Below are positions 14,001 to 46,803 of a stretch of DNA of 64,000 bases, one piece after another. Numbering within the stretch: the stretch's first letter is position 1; each line of letters opens with the position of its first letter. A program made the position numbers and the translations under genes. Origin of the DNA: Lama guanicoe (Eukaryota); assembly GCA_013239625.1 (NCBI GenBank), contig MU053934.1:6962399-7026398 (forward strand), given 5' to 3'. The notes beneath the pieces are model-generated. The model was not told the DNA's origin, made no database searches, and saw only the letters and a list, made by a program, of their open reading frames with translations.

Positions 14001-17000
14001 GCACCAAGACATAACCCCACCCAACAGCCTGCAGGCTTAAGGGCTGGGAAGCCTCAGGCTAAACAACAAACTGAGTGGAAACACAGCCCCACCCATCAGC
14101 AGACTTCCTGAGCCACAAACACCTCTAGACAAGGCCCTACCCACCAGAGGGCCAGGACCAAGCTTAGCCCAGCAGTGGGCAGGCACTGACTCCTTACGCC
14201 AGGAATCCTGCATAAGCCTCCAGTCCAGCCTCATCCACCAGGGAGCAGATACCAGAAGTAAGAAAACAACAGTCCCAAAGCCTGTGGAAGGAATCCACAA
14301 ACACCGGCCAGACTCTATACTGGACCCTGGCCCTTGGGGGACAAGAGAGGAGGGTACTGCTGGGACACATAGGACATCTCCCACAGAGGGCCACCTCTCC
14401 AAGGTCAAGAAACATAACTAACCTATCTAAAAATACAAAGAGAAAGACAGACGATATGAGATGGCAGAGGAATGTCTCCCCGGCCAAGGCACTACATAAA
14501 ATCCCAGAAGAAGAAATAAGTGATGAGGAGATAGGTAATTCATCCAAGAAGTTTAAAGAAATAATGGTGAAGATGTTCAGAGAACTCAAGAAGAGTATAG
14601 ATGCACAGAGCGAAGCTTTTAGCAAAGAGTTGGAAAATATAAAGAATACCCAGAGTTGAAGAATAAAATTACTTAATGAATAACACACTAGAAGGAACCA
14701 AGAACAGACTAAATGAGGTAGAAGAATGGATCAGTGAGCTAGAAGACAGATTAGTGGAAATCACAACTGAGGAACAGAAAAAAGAAAAAAAGAATGAAAA
14801 GAAATGAGGCTAGTTTAAGAGACCTCTGGGACAACATGAAGAGCACTAATATTCATATTATGGGGTCCCAGAAAGAGAAGACAGAGGGAAAGGACTTGAG
14901 AAAAATTTTGAAGAGATAATAACCAAAAACTTCCATAGCTTGAGAAAGGAAACAGTCACCCAAGTCCAGGAAGTGCAGAATTCCACACAGGATCAACCCA
15001 AAGAGGAACACACCAAGGAATATACTAATCAAATTGACAAAAATTAAGAGTAAGGAGAAAAATTTTAAATCAGCGAGAGAAAAGCAAGGGAACTCCCATA
15101 AGGTTATTAGCTAATTTTTCAGCAGAAATTCTACAGGACAGAAGGGAGTGACACGATAAGTGATAAAAGGGAAAAACTTACAACTAAGGATACTCTACCA
15201 GCAAGGCTCTCATTCAGATTTGATGGAGAAATCAAAAGCTTCACAGATAAATGAAAGCTAAAAGAACTCAGCACCATCAAACCAGCTTTACAACAAATGT
15301 TAAAGGAACTTTTCTAGTCATCAAACCACTAGAAAAGAGTACAAAGGGAACCAGGCTGCATAAACACTGACAGTGGAAGACTTCATTGACGACCATTTCC
15401 ACCACACAGCAGAGGTCAGACACAGCCTAATTCAAACCTGAGCCTGTCCTGAACGAAGATTTCCTATCTTCATCTGTCTTCTCCAAATTCTACTTCCTCC
15501 CATCACCAGGGTACCAAAGGTTACCAGTATTTATAATTAAAGGAGGTGGGATGATATTACCATGTGATAAACCATAATTTTATAAAATCATAAAATTGGG
15601 CAAATCTAGACTCCACAGCATCAATTATGCTTTCAAAAAGTTAAGTTACCCAATTTCTTTTATCACCATTCAAGCACCTGAACATTACTGCCAAGGGGTA
15701 GGGGTGGGTAGGGGAAGAGAAAGCTATTGAAAGCAATTAGTTTGAATAACTAAAGGAACAATGAGATTCTTGAAAACAAATTTCACATCTCCAAACAGAG
15801 ACTGGAGAAAGGGGAAAATTCAAGTTTTCTGGTTCATTCCAACTGGGCCTGAAGAGTACACGTTTGTAGAAGGAGAGGCAGGGGAGATTATGCCTCTGCA
15901 ACCTTAATGTGTTCATATTTCTCAACAATTTCCCTCCTGATAATCTGTAATGGCTGTCTGAAGTGTTGTATTGAGAGTTTCAGAAGTCTACCATGACCAC
16001 ATGAGGGGCAACTGGTTATCAGGGTTAATGAAAGATTTTACAAAGAAGGTGATCTCAACTAACAGTTTTGAGCACCTACTATAGATCCATAAACTCTGAC
16101 ACACCTCCTTTAACGCTCACAACTCAGAGAATTAGGTTATTACCCACATTTTATAAAGAAACTAAGATTTAAGTTATTCAAGGAGAATAACCATCTCAAA
16201 TCACAGAGCTGTAATGGTGAAGGCTGGATTTGAACTTCACTATACCTGGTTAAAACACCAATAAATCAAATATGGGTCAAAAATAAAGAACTCCAAGAGT
16301 TAAGGAAGGGTGAGTACTGTGCCCAGGGTGAGGAAAAAAATTAGGACTCCAGTCATATCCAGGGACATAATGCACCCTCTAGTGACCAGAGGGTGAGCAC
16401 ACACACCAAGGACGGCAGACAGTGTATTCACACACCACACTGCTTATCTGGCAAGAAAGACCACCAAGATGCCTCGTGCTGGTACTTTTATCTATTTGAA
16501 CAGCACAAAAGGTACATTTTGGGGAGGGAGGTGATACAGTTGTGGATGCAGTAGCACAGGTAAGCTATTTCCCTCAATTCCATACACTCAGCTCCCTGGT
16601 TACACCAGTTTCCTTTCCTGAGAAGCTTTAGGGGGTTCAGTGTTCAGGCTTTTTATAATCATTGCCCTTCTCCTTGCATTTGAAAAGACAGCTATTCATC
16701 CCAGCAGGCAGTACTACTGGTTATAAGGCAGGCATTAGTCATCAGGAATTTTTCAAATAAACACTCCTGCTAGGGGCAGGTCTCTAAAACATAGAGCCAA
16801 TTATGTTACCCTCCTGCTTCAAGAACTGCTAAGGGCTACCTAACAAAGTCCAACCCCTAGTCTGGCCCCCTCTGCTTGCAGCCTCCCCTCCCACTACAGA
16901 CTCTCTTATGTTCCTGAAATACATGCTGCACTTTTGGCCTCAGTAAATGTCTGGGAGGGGGAGAGAGGGAGGTTTTGAGCAAGTCTCTTAACTGCCCTGC

Positions 17001-20000
17001 CCCGTCACACCTGAAACAGTACAACTGTGCACGGCTTTCAGACCCTCACCAGGTACTGCAGCAGGTCCTGGAAGTAAGTAGTGTGGACCAGAGGGCAAGC
17101 AGCCCAGTGGAGCCTAGCATACACATGATGACCAGGGAGGGCTAGGAATCCCTCACTCTCTTGGATCTGCTTGTGGAAGGTAGAGAGATAGCTGGCTCTG
17201 GACAGATGTCCAGTCCAAAGGATTCAGGCCCACAAAGCAGGCCCCGGATTATCTAAAGTGGATTTTAATCCATGGAGTCTTTAGGTTAGAAAGTGTATGT
17301 TGAGGCTATCTCTCTATAGGGAGAAAACATAGTTTAGTTCTAACTATTACTGAGGGTCAATTCTGAATTAGGTGCTTCAGAGGCATAAGGAAAAACAAGA
17401 CATTATTCCTTTGCCCTCCAAGAGAGTTTTGTGCAGATGCCTCATTTTAAATTGTGATTCTTCCTTCCAAGCTAATGTAACAACTCATTTCCCTCCTCTC
17501 TGTTCCAGGACTAATTTCCTGTACCTGATTTCAATAAAGAAACCAGCAGTGAGTACTAGGACCAGAGCCCTGGCCTAAACTGAAAAGTTCCCTTACCTCC
17601 TCTCCCCATGGCTCCAAGGACTTTCCAGATAAGCATCTGGCCCAGAGCTGCTCACCTCCAGCTACTCAAGGCCCAACTTTCTCACTGAAGCTTCCTGTCA
17701 CCTTCATCTAATTACAAGGAAGCAGTGGACAGACAGTCATCCTCTGAAGGTTAAACTAAGCAAACCAAAGAAAGGGTGCCTCGACTAGCCAAATCAGTGA
17801 TGCTTCACATCTAAAGGAAGAAATGTGGCAGGCCCATACTGCAGCTGGTGCCCAGTGCTGCCCTGGGGAGAGTCATCTGTGGGTCTTCAACAACTGAAGT
17901 CACTAGCGATGTTCTATGTGTGGGGAAGGGAAGCACCTTACCATGAACTATATGAAGTATCATAAAATCATCCCCATCTTATCTAATTTTCTCCTGATTT
18001 CTAATTTTCAAGGAATCTTTTGACGAACAATTGGGGGCCAGGCAATAATGATAATAACACCTTTCTGATATGGTGTGATAAACACAAAACAGAATGGCTG
18101 TGCTGAAGAACAAGCACATTCCACGATGACCTGTGGGAAGAGGTTATTTACACCGCTACAGGCTGAGTCTTTTGCTATTTCCACTAAGAGGAGAAAAAGA
18201 AGTTTTCTGAGATGGTCACAGGTTCCTCCTAAATTATTAAGCACAAAGTCCTTCCTGGGACACCCATGCAAAGTTCCTCGTAAGGAGATTTATTCTAGGA
18301 AGCATGCATTTATTTAATGTAGGAAATGACATTTGTTCACTGAAATTTGTTCAGACCTTTCACAGTTCTTGACAGGTACCCCTCTCCCCAATTTAGTTTT
18401 TCTCTTTGTTGGCTATGCAAGTTTCCAGCAGGTTTAGCCCAAACACAGCATGCAATCCAGTTTCTTCTACACTAGTCTCCTTCCCTGCACTTTCCCCCAA
18501 TCCAATCTTCACATGATACCAAAGCAATACTCTCACACTAAAGATTGGACATTACTTTTCTACTTAAAAGCTTTCAATAATGATGATGATGATGATAACT
18601 AACATCTATTAAGCACTTAGTATCCATCAGATGCTTTTTGAATGTACTTTAGATACTTTAATCCACTTAGTCCTGACAATGCCTAATGAAGTAAATATGA
18701 TCCATGTTTTATAAATAAGGAAAAAGAGGCAGGGAACTGTTAAGTAACTTTCATAAGATCATATGGAAAATGGGAGAAGCAGGGATTGAAAGTTGGCAGT
18801 CTGACTCTAGGACCTGATGCTTACCTATTATGTCCCCAAGGGGGAGGGATTTGGGTTTCTATTCCTCTCATATTTAATCCTCTCAACCACCTACCAGGAA
18901 CCATTTTTACAAATGAGGAAACTGCCCAGCTCAGAAGTCATCTAGCCAGGGAGGTACAGAACCCAACAATGAGGCCTGCCTGGCTGTACAGTCCCTGCTC
19001 TTTCCAGGGATCCATATATCCTCCCTTCCCTACATTCATACCCAATGCCCAACAAAAGACTCTGCACACAACGTCAAAAAAGTACAGATTCAACAGACAG
19101 TACAGACTGTCTGCAGTCGGGAACTGAGCAGTGAGTGGCTGCAGGATGTGCACGTCCTGGGAAGGTGGCTCATTCAGTAACTGTCCAGCAAACCTGTGAA
19201 ACCTGTACGGGCTTAGATGTGACAGGAGGACCCAGCACCAATTCCATCCACATCAGTTACTAGAGAGAAGACTTAGGGTAGAACTACTCACAGATAATAG
19301 CAAAGTAAATGAATACTGCGTGCCTATTACAAACCAGAAGCCAGGTGAAGTGCCGATTGGTGCACGATGTGGTGGCAGGGGCAGTTGTGGTGGATGTGTG
19401 GGGGATACATTTCAGACAGTAAGAGAATCTATTTTCTAGCCACAGGCACACAGGAGGTGTTAATAAACATCTGCTAAGTGAACAACTGTCTGAGAAAACA
19501 GTATTTAACATCTTACAGTCTGGCTGTTTACAAGGACATCTGAACTATCTTAACGTGTGCTAGAAAACTATTGGTCACAGTCCCCACTTTTTCATACAGG
19601 TGAACTGGAGCGCCTAAAGGCTGGAAATGACTAACCATATTTGAGGGTCCAAAGGAAGTTTGGAGCATATAATTGCAAATCATCTCTGCAGTTCCTCACC
19701 CAGATACAGACCAATCTTCTCTGAGAACCATCAAGAAACAGCCAACCTCCAGCCCGTCCCACCTGTTTTTCTGCCTAAGCCTGAGGCCAACTTATCCAAC
19801 TCAAAAGTGCAATCAGCCCCGATATCAGCTCTCCGTGGCTTCGGGCAAGTCACTCCACCTCTCCCAGCCTCAAGTCCTCATCTGTAAAACGGCCGGCCGA
19901 CGGGATTGCGAAAAGGGAAAATGAGGCAGCGTGTGCAGGAAAGCGCGTAGAGAACCCGAAACGCCACACAAAGGGAGGCGAGTGTCAGTAGTGGCAGCTC

Positions 20001-20586
20001 GGAGAGGGGAACCGGGTGCGGGATTTGGAAACTAAAGGTCTGGGTTTGGGGCTTGGCTTAGGCAGTAACAGACCGGGAGAGCGTGAGCAAGTCACTTCCC
20101 CACGAAACTTTATTCGTTCTAACTCTAGGGCTGCGCTGAGATCATGGAGCAGTGGCGAGTCTCCTCAGACGAGGGGCTGCGCCGGGGAGACCCTATAGAC
20201 GCCGGGCCGTGGGGGCAGTCCGTCCCCTCCGCGGCGGCAGCTCCGCGCCCCGTGGGGCGCCCTCCAGGCGGCTCCCTCAAGCCCGGCAGCCCGGCCCGGC
20301 CGCTGACCGGCCACCCCTGGCCCGCTGGAACGACGGCGCCTGCAGCCAGTGGGCGGTCGGGCGGCCCGGTCCGCGGCGGAGGCGGCGGCCGGGCCAATGA
20401 GGAGCGCTGCTGCGGCAGGGGGCGGGCGCAGACGGCCCTCCGCGTCGAGCCCGGGCCGCTCCCTCCTCCGCCCCGAGCCCCGCTAGGACTCGGACCCTGA
20501 ACTCTGAAGGGAGAAAGGACCACTTACCGCCCCTTTGCCGCAGCCCCACGCTTCCGGATTAGCTCGTCCAGGGAGATGTCCGCCAT
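1900..20586 (-). CDS. POLDIP3: Polymerase delta-interacting protein 3 (SKAR/PDIP46), coding exons 1-7; 3' part outside window
   Basis: Join of 20528-20586, 8926-9316, 8083-8169, 7074-7169, 5048-5227, 4424-4501, 1900-2029 (1021 nt, GT-AG, phases consistent). Reads MADISLDELIRKRGAAAKGRLNARPGVGG...FDARQKIGLSDARLKLG...RRM start (TKMTVNNLHPRVTEEDIVELFCVCGALKRARLVHPGVAEVVFVKKDDAITAYKKYNNRCLD). Confidence 0.97.
2462..2573. mobile_element. Small hAT-type MITE (MER94/MER81-like)
   Basis: Terminal inverted repeats AGGGTGACC...GGTTACCCT; family from memory. Confidence 0.6.
3852..4379 (+). mobile_element. Solo ERVL LTR, MER68-like
   Basis: TG...CA ends; start TGTGAGGAAAAGGGTTAACATAGC resembles MER68; near 5-bp TSD GAAGT/GAACT. 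Confidence 0.75.
4424..4501 (-). CDS. POLDIP3: POLDIP3 exon 6 (78 nt)
   Basis: GACAG| PVLSPLEGTKMTVNNLHPRVTEEDIV |GTGAGT. Confidence 0.95.
5048..5227 (-). CDS. POLDIP3: POLDIP3 exon 5 (180 nt)
   Basis: TTTAG| AGLSGSKLSVSKALPLTKVVQNDAY...EEPPKELPPAE |GTGAGG. Confidence 0.94.
6050..6250 (+). mobile_element. MIR (representative; many more, e.g. near 2580, 8500, 9650, 18650, 25800, 39050, 42050, 51970, 57250, 62400)
   Basis: Core TTATTTAACCTCTCCGTGCCTAATTCCTCATCTGTAAAATAGGGGTAATAA. Confidence 0.7.
7074..7169 (-). CDS. POLDIP3: POLDIP3 exon 4 (96 nt)
   Basis: TTTTCCAG| NLYDLDEDDDVVAPIPSKQMKFAASGSFLHHV |GTATGA. Confidence 0.94.
8056..8077. repeat. (AC)11 microsatellite, read as a UG tract in POLDIP3 pre-mRNA
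   Basis: Directly visible; begins 5 nt into intron 3. Confidence 0.95.
8083..8169 (-). CDS. POLDIP3: POLDIP3 exon 3 (87-nt symmetric cassette exon)
   Basis: TTTCTAG| VPQQKIMAPIHAHPAGMRINVINNHQAKQ |GTGGAG followed by a GT repeat. Confidence 0.93.
8926..9316 (-). CDS. POLDIP3: POLDIP3 exon 2 (391 nt)
   Basis: TTTGCAG| LNARPGVGG...DAR repeats...LKLTKTIQ |GTAGGT. Confidence 0.96.
9862..10711 (-). mobile_element. Solo LTR, MER21-like
   Basis: Reverse complement starts TGTGATAATATATATTTGGTCTTTTCCCC...AAACCTTTGGAATTTCCTGAGTGAT; family from memory, left edge approximate. Confidence 0.65.
10223..10275 (+). mobile_element. 53-nt 5'-truncated L1 3' end with poly(A), nested in the LTR
   Basis: CTGACACCACATTGTAAAATGATTATAACTCAATAAAA plus A tract, flanked by TSD AAAGGATACAGCTA / AAAGGATACAACTA. 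Confidence 0.75.
11113..11290. mobile_element. MER5-like hAT-Charlie relic
   Basis: Motifs GAGCTTCTTAAAAATACAG...CTACTGAGTC...CAGGTGATCCT; approximate. Confidence 0.5.
13385..15339 (+). mobile_element. L1 5'UTR plus decayed ORF1, no ORF2, with perfect 16-bp TSD (half-L1-like)
   Basis: Starts ...CAAGATGGCGGAGTAG (L1 5' YY1 motif); ORF1 relic from 14456 to TAG at 15315-15317 (LWDNMK, RINPKRNTPR, KPALQQMLKELF*); TACAAAGGGAACCAGG at 13369-13384 and 15340-15355. Confidence 0.88.
20528..20586 (-). CDS. POLDIP3: POLDIP3 exon 1 coding part (59 nt)
   Basis: AAGATGG start context; MADISLDELIRKRGAAAKG(R); donor CG|GTAAGT. Confidence 0.96.
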
Positions 20587-20768
20587 CTTGCACCGCTGAG
20601 GGAACCGCGAGCAGCTTAGGGGTCCCTCAGCCCTCGAGCCCGCCCCTTCGGCCGCTACGGAGCAACTAGCAGCTTCCGGCGTTCCGCGAACTCTCGCGAC
20701 AAATCCGACCGAGCAAAGACCGGAAGGGGCGGGGTTCTCCCCGTGAGCCTTTGCGACGCCTGCTACTT

Positions 20769-20776
20769 ATCTGCAT
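20769..20776 (+). promoter_or_regulatory. Octamer-like distal sequence element of RNU12
   Basis: ATCTGCAT (one mismatch to ATTTGCAT) about 200 nt upstream of +1; GC box GGGGCGGGG nearby (20726-20734). Confidence 0.55.
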
Positions 20777-20910
20777 ACAGCGGGTCGTAGCCCTACCGTT
20801 CCCCAGGCTCCCCCATGAACACATAAAATGAAAAGCGACATAAAAAAAATTACTGAGAAAGATGAACTTCAAAGGAACGAGGTTCTCAGTTCGCTGGTCA
20901 ACTTTGATAC

Positions 20911-20928
20911 TCACCGTATGGGAAACGA
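20911..20928 (+). promoter_or_regulatory. snRNA proximal sequence element (PSE) of RNU12
   Basis: TCACCGTATGGGAAACGA starts 60 nt upstream of U12 +1; matches the TCACCNT... SNAPc element in sequence and position. Confidence 0.8.
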
Positions 20929-20970
20929 GAATGGGATTGATTACCAAGGAAGTAACAGAAATACCTCTTT

Positions 20971-21120
20971 ATGCCTTAAACTTATGAGTAAGGAAAATAA
21001 CGATTCGGGGTGACGCCCGAATCCTCACTGCTAATGTGAGACGAATTTTTGAGCGGGTAAAGGTTGCCCCTAAGGTGACCCGCCTACTTTGCGGGATGCC
21101 TGGGAGTTGCGATCTGCCCG
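20971..21120 (+). ncRNA. RNU12: U12 minor-spliceosomal snRNA
   Basis: 150 nt from ATGCCTTAAACTTATGAGTAAGGAAAATAACGATTCGGGGTGACGCCCG to ...GCGATCTGCCCG; recognisable U12 sequence; Sm site AATTTTTG at 21044-21051; PSE upstream and 3' box downstream. Confidence 0.98.
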
Positions 21121-21124
21121 TCCC

Positions 21125-21143
21125 GTTGCTACTGAAAAGTAGA
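21125..21143 (+). terminator. snRNA 3' box (Integrator processing signal)
   Basis: GTTGCTACTGAAAAGTAGA just after the U12 3' end; resembles GTTT-N-AAARNNAGA. Confidence 0.65.
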
Positions 21144-24100
21144 CTGGTCAGGAGCGGGGTAGGCGAGATTAAGTGGGTTGTTATTAGACCTAGCTGGAAA
21201 AGCTGAGGTACGAGTCATACAGTTATTCGGCTGGCGGCTGTAGAGTTCCTGAGCAGTTGCAAGAGCTCGCAGTCCTGTCCGATGAGCCCGCTGACTTTGC
21301 TGAGTACTTCTACGCAGGAAAGTGTGTTTAACATGGAGTTGGCGACCTTACCCTACTACTCCAAATCTTAGTTCTGCAGCTAGGGTAAAATGCCAACCGC
21401 TTGTTGGTGGGCGAGAAATAGACATGCGGCTCCCGGCTGCACACAGAAGGCTTATAATTGGTGCTCACGGAGGGCAGGGGAGAGGGAAGCTGGAGGGTCT
21501 CTTGGCTCACGTCCCAGGGGTCAAACGTCTTCCTGATTTGTAAAGCGGGGCAAATAACACAAAGCCTTTGCGAGGGTTAAATCAAGTGTTGGATACGTGG
21601 GGTTGCCTTTTCATTGATGCAGTTCCAGCCTCTAGCACTTGACCCTGGCATGAGGTAAGTGTTCAATAAATATTTGTCGAATCAATCAAAAAATACAAGC
21701 GACGCCTTTAGAACAGTGCCAAGCATGGACTAAGTGCCCTATGAGTTACTACTGTTACTATTTTCTAAGTCTAGCACCGCGAGTGGAGTTATGTACTCTT
21801 GACAACACAGCACACACAAAAAAATCTGCTGTCAAAAGGTCCGTGGAGAAACGAGCTGGTAAAGCCAGAGCTTCTGGGATTGGGCACCAGACAGGAGGGG
21901 AATCCAGGTCCCCCTGCGCGGCTGTGATTGGATGCTGGCTGGCCTGCCTTTTCTCAGCTGCAAAACCAGACCTAACTCCTCCCTCCCAGACGTGCGGGCA
22001 GGAACGCGGAGACCAGCAACAAGGAAGGGAGGGCCCCGCCAGCTGGACAGCTGAGGGCAGGTGCCGAGGAACCAGGAAGGGGTCAGGACCACAGGAGTTA
22101 AGGCCCTGTGGCTCCTCCACACGAAAAAACTGAAGTGTAAATAGGTCATTTAAATAATTTTCTTTAACTACCACAATAGGCTCATTAACTGACGTCATTT
22201 AATTCTGTGATTGTCAGCGGGGTGGCCCTCCACCAGGGGCATTTTGGAGCTTTGTGTGGTCGTGTTTGGTTGTCTGGATCCCGTCACGTGGAGAATGGGA
22301 CTGGGTGGGGCTGTCCTGCTGGTTCTTCCAACACCGTGACTTTCCCAGGTGGGAGGGGCCCGTCCCGATTCTCTGAATCATCTTCACTCCATTTATTGCA
22401 TGAACACACAGGACTTTTTGCCCGGTGTGAACATGGAATTGCTACCAATGCAGCTGCACTGTAGCCAAGGAGTTGGGTCGTGCCTTGCTTGGAAACTAAC
22501 CAACAATTGTGCCCGGCCTGGGAAAACCCGCATCCCTGGCAGCAGAGCCAGGAGGCGGGCTCCATGCTCCATCCTGCACCTGGGCAAACTCCCGATCCCC
22601 ACTTCTGGGGGAACTTGGGCTCATCATTTACATGCTGAAATGCGCATCATTTTGTAAATTCCTTTTTTTCTTGCTCTTTTATAATGTAGTTGAAGCTTTG
22701 TGTAGATTTTTAACAATTCAGTATAGGTAGATGATTATCACCTGTGAATTTACTGCAGGAGAGTAAAGGGGCTGTTATAAATGTTATTTTCAAATGGTGT
22801 CAGGCCTGAGAGGGTGGAGAATCACTGATCTATTCACTCACCCACTTTACAGATGGGGAGACAAACCACCAGAGGATAGGGACCAGGTCTAATCATGCCC
22901 TTCTTTCTGGCTCCAGGAGGGAGCTTCTTGCGGCTCAGGTAGGTGTGAGGCAAACCCCAACCCTCAGGCCTGATTTCTTAACCTCCAGATGGGGACAGGA
23001 ATGACAAAACCTAACGTGTGTTGAGTGTTCAGCAGACCTTGGCACACAGTAGGTGTGAAGGGAGTCCCAGCCCTGCCCCAGGATGTGTGAGAGCCAGGGA
23101 CAGAAAGGAAGGTAAGAGATGAGTGGAGAAAGCAGCTCCTGACCCCGAAGCTTCCTGTGAATTCCCACATCCTCTCCTCTTCCCAACTCCACTCCAGCCA
23201 CACTGGTCTCCACTGGATTCCCTGGGTCTCTGCCCCAAGGCCTTTGCACTTGCTAGTTGCTGCCTCTGGAACACCTCTCTGGTCCTGGCTCCCTCTCCAG
23301 CCTTGTCCTCACTGTCCCCTCAGCCACCAGCTTTCTTTGACCTGTTTCTGTAAGTTTCTTCCACAAGCATGTCCAACCACAAGGCCTTTGTCCTTGCTGT
23401 TCCACCTTGAACACCTACCCTCACAGGGCCAGCTCCTTCCCATCACATCCCAGCACAAACGTCATTTCCTCAGAGAGGGCTTTCCTGCTGCCCAACTTGA
23501 AGAACAGCTCTCAGTCCCACAGTGTCTCATAACCACCATTCATTTCCATCTTGGCATTTTCCCATCATTTGTTACCTGTCTAGTGTCTTTCTCATGAGCA
23601 CCCCAGGAGCAGGGAGGGCATCTGGGACAGCCACAGCCCAGTCCCCAGCACCTGAGCAGTGCCTCAGTGAGGGAACCAGGAACTCCCTTCCCCACCTGGA
23701 CACCCCTACCTCATCTTGGGCCCCAGCTGCAACCTGCAAGCCGTTCACTGCCCTGAGCCTCAGTCTCTCCATCGGAAGGTGGGGCTACTGACTTCTCCCT
23801 ATTTCTCTCAGGGCTGTCCAGAGGAGAGAGTAACAAGGAAAACACCGGGAACACCTGGGGTTGTCCAAAGTTAGGACTGGGGACGTTTTAACATGGCTGA
23901 GATGATCTGAGGGGAGGTTTAAAAGCTCAGTGCCCGCAGTCCCTGGCCCAGCCTTCTATTTCCAGGAATCTATCCTGAAAGAAATCATCTGAAAGGAAGA
24001 GTGAAGATGGCCACTGTTATTTACAAAATCCACAAATTGGAAACAGCCCAACTGCCCAAGGAGAGGGATTTGCTACATAATAAATCATGACCCATCTGGG

Positions 24101-24366
24101 CCCACGGTGGGTTTCTGACCATAGGGGAAAAGCAGCAGCCACATGGTGGACCGTGTGGTCTCATCAGATTTATCCGGGTTTGCCTCTGCATGCCCGGTAT
24201 TTTTTTTTCCTGTGTAGACTTTTCTGTACTCTCCAAATTTTCTACAACACAAACATCAGAATTAATTCCAGGCCTTGCACAGCCCCTTCCTGCACCCCTC
24301 CCTCCCCTACAACGACGCAGGTCACAGAGCCTCCAGGAGCTGCAGAAGGGTTCAAATTAGCATAGT

Positions 24367-24372
24367 TTTACT
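24367..24372 (-). terminator. Probable distal CYB5R3 polyadenylation signal (AGTAAA variant)
   Basis: AGTAAA in an AU-rich block about 970 nt past the stop, just before the sequence turns into L1 relic. Confidence 0.45.
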
Positions 24373-25339
24373 TCAGTATTTTGTCTGCTCATAAATGACT
24401 CTGAAAAAGCCGATATGCAAGAGGCTGGCACGCTGTCATCTAAAGGCAATGTCGAGGCTGCTAAGAATGTCTCTCAGACAAGAGGCTCTGCTCAAAACCT
24501 CCCTCTGCTGGGGTGAGGGCAGCAGCAGGGGCGGGTGGGTCTGGGACAGAGGAATAAACAGACATCCCTTAGCTTTGCCATCAGGGCTGGTGGCCCAGGA
24601 CCCCAAGGCGGTGGATCAGAGGTTGACGGCTTGGACTTCCCAAGGCTGCCCAAATGTCTGGGTGTGCTGGGGAAATGCTGAGGCTTCAGGAGGCCCATGT
24701 GCCAGCTGGAAGGGCCCTTGGTCAGCCCACTCCTCCTACTCCAGCCCCAGGGAGAGCCCAATTCCCTGCTGGCTGGGCCTGCTGGGCCCTGGGGTGGGCA
24801 CAGCCTCTCACACAGAGCAGCCCTTGCCAGGAGGACTTTCTGGTGTTACCTGTCATGTAGTGTCAGGTGCTGAGGGCTGGCTGTGGCCTTGAAGCAGGCA
24901 GGGGCAGCAGGCGAGGGTCCTGAGGCAGTGGCTGGGGGCCTGGCACCTGCAGCCGTCGGCTGCCCATACACTCAGGTTTATTTCCAGAGTGTGGTGCACT
25001 CCAGGAAGGGCGGGGAGCACGGTGCTGGCAGCCTTGGCCCAGTAGTGTGTGTCTGGCGGGGGGTGGGGGCAGGGGCCGGGCATCTCCAACAAGAACCAGT
25101 GAGACCCAGACAGGAATCTGTCTTGAAGGTGGCCAGTGGCGGCCCCACCTATAACAGAGCCCTGATCTCAGAGGGGCCCCACAGGGGCCAGCCCAGCAGG
25201 GTGACCTCCCAGGCACGGGCAGGCCAGGCTGAACCCGGCCACAGCAGGAGATGTGGGGGAGAGTGACGTTAAGGAACCACGCAGGAGGGCCAGGTGCGGG
25301 CAGGGCACAGGGAGCGCAGGCGGGCGGGTGGCCCGGCCA

Positions 25340-46803
<21,464 letters not shown>

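Larger units (their letters stand above)
19880..21300. promoter_or_regulatory. CpG island / bidirectional POLDIP3-RNU12 promoter
   Basis: Dense CpG and high GC spanning POLDIP3 exon 1 and RNU12; ETS-like CCGGAAG and GC boxes; edges approximate. Confidence 0.85.

Noticed and set aside
14456..14659. 67-aa ORF as a functional or domesticated gene
   Set aside because: N-terminal piece of L1 ORF1; the rest has frameshifts and stops
17484..17556. Plus-strand exon-like unit (TTCCAG|...GCA|GTGAGT) antisense to POLDIP3
   Set aside because: Isolated splice-like signals are common by chance; no partner exons or ORF
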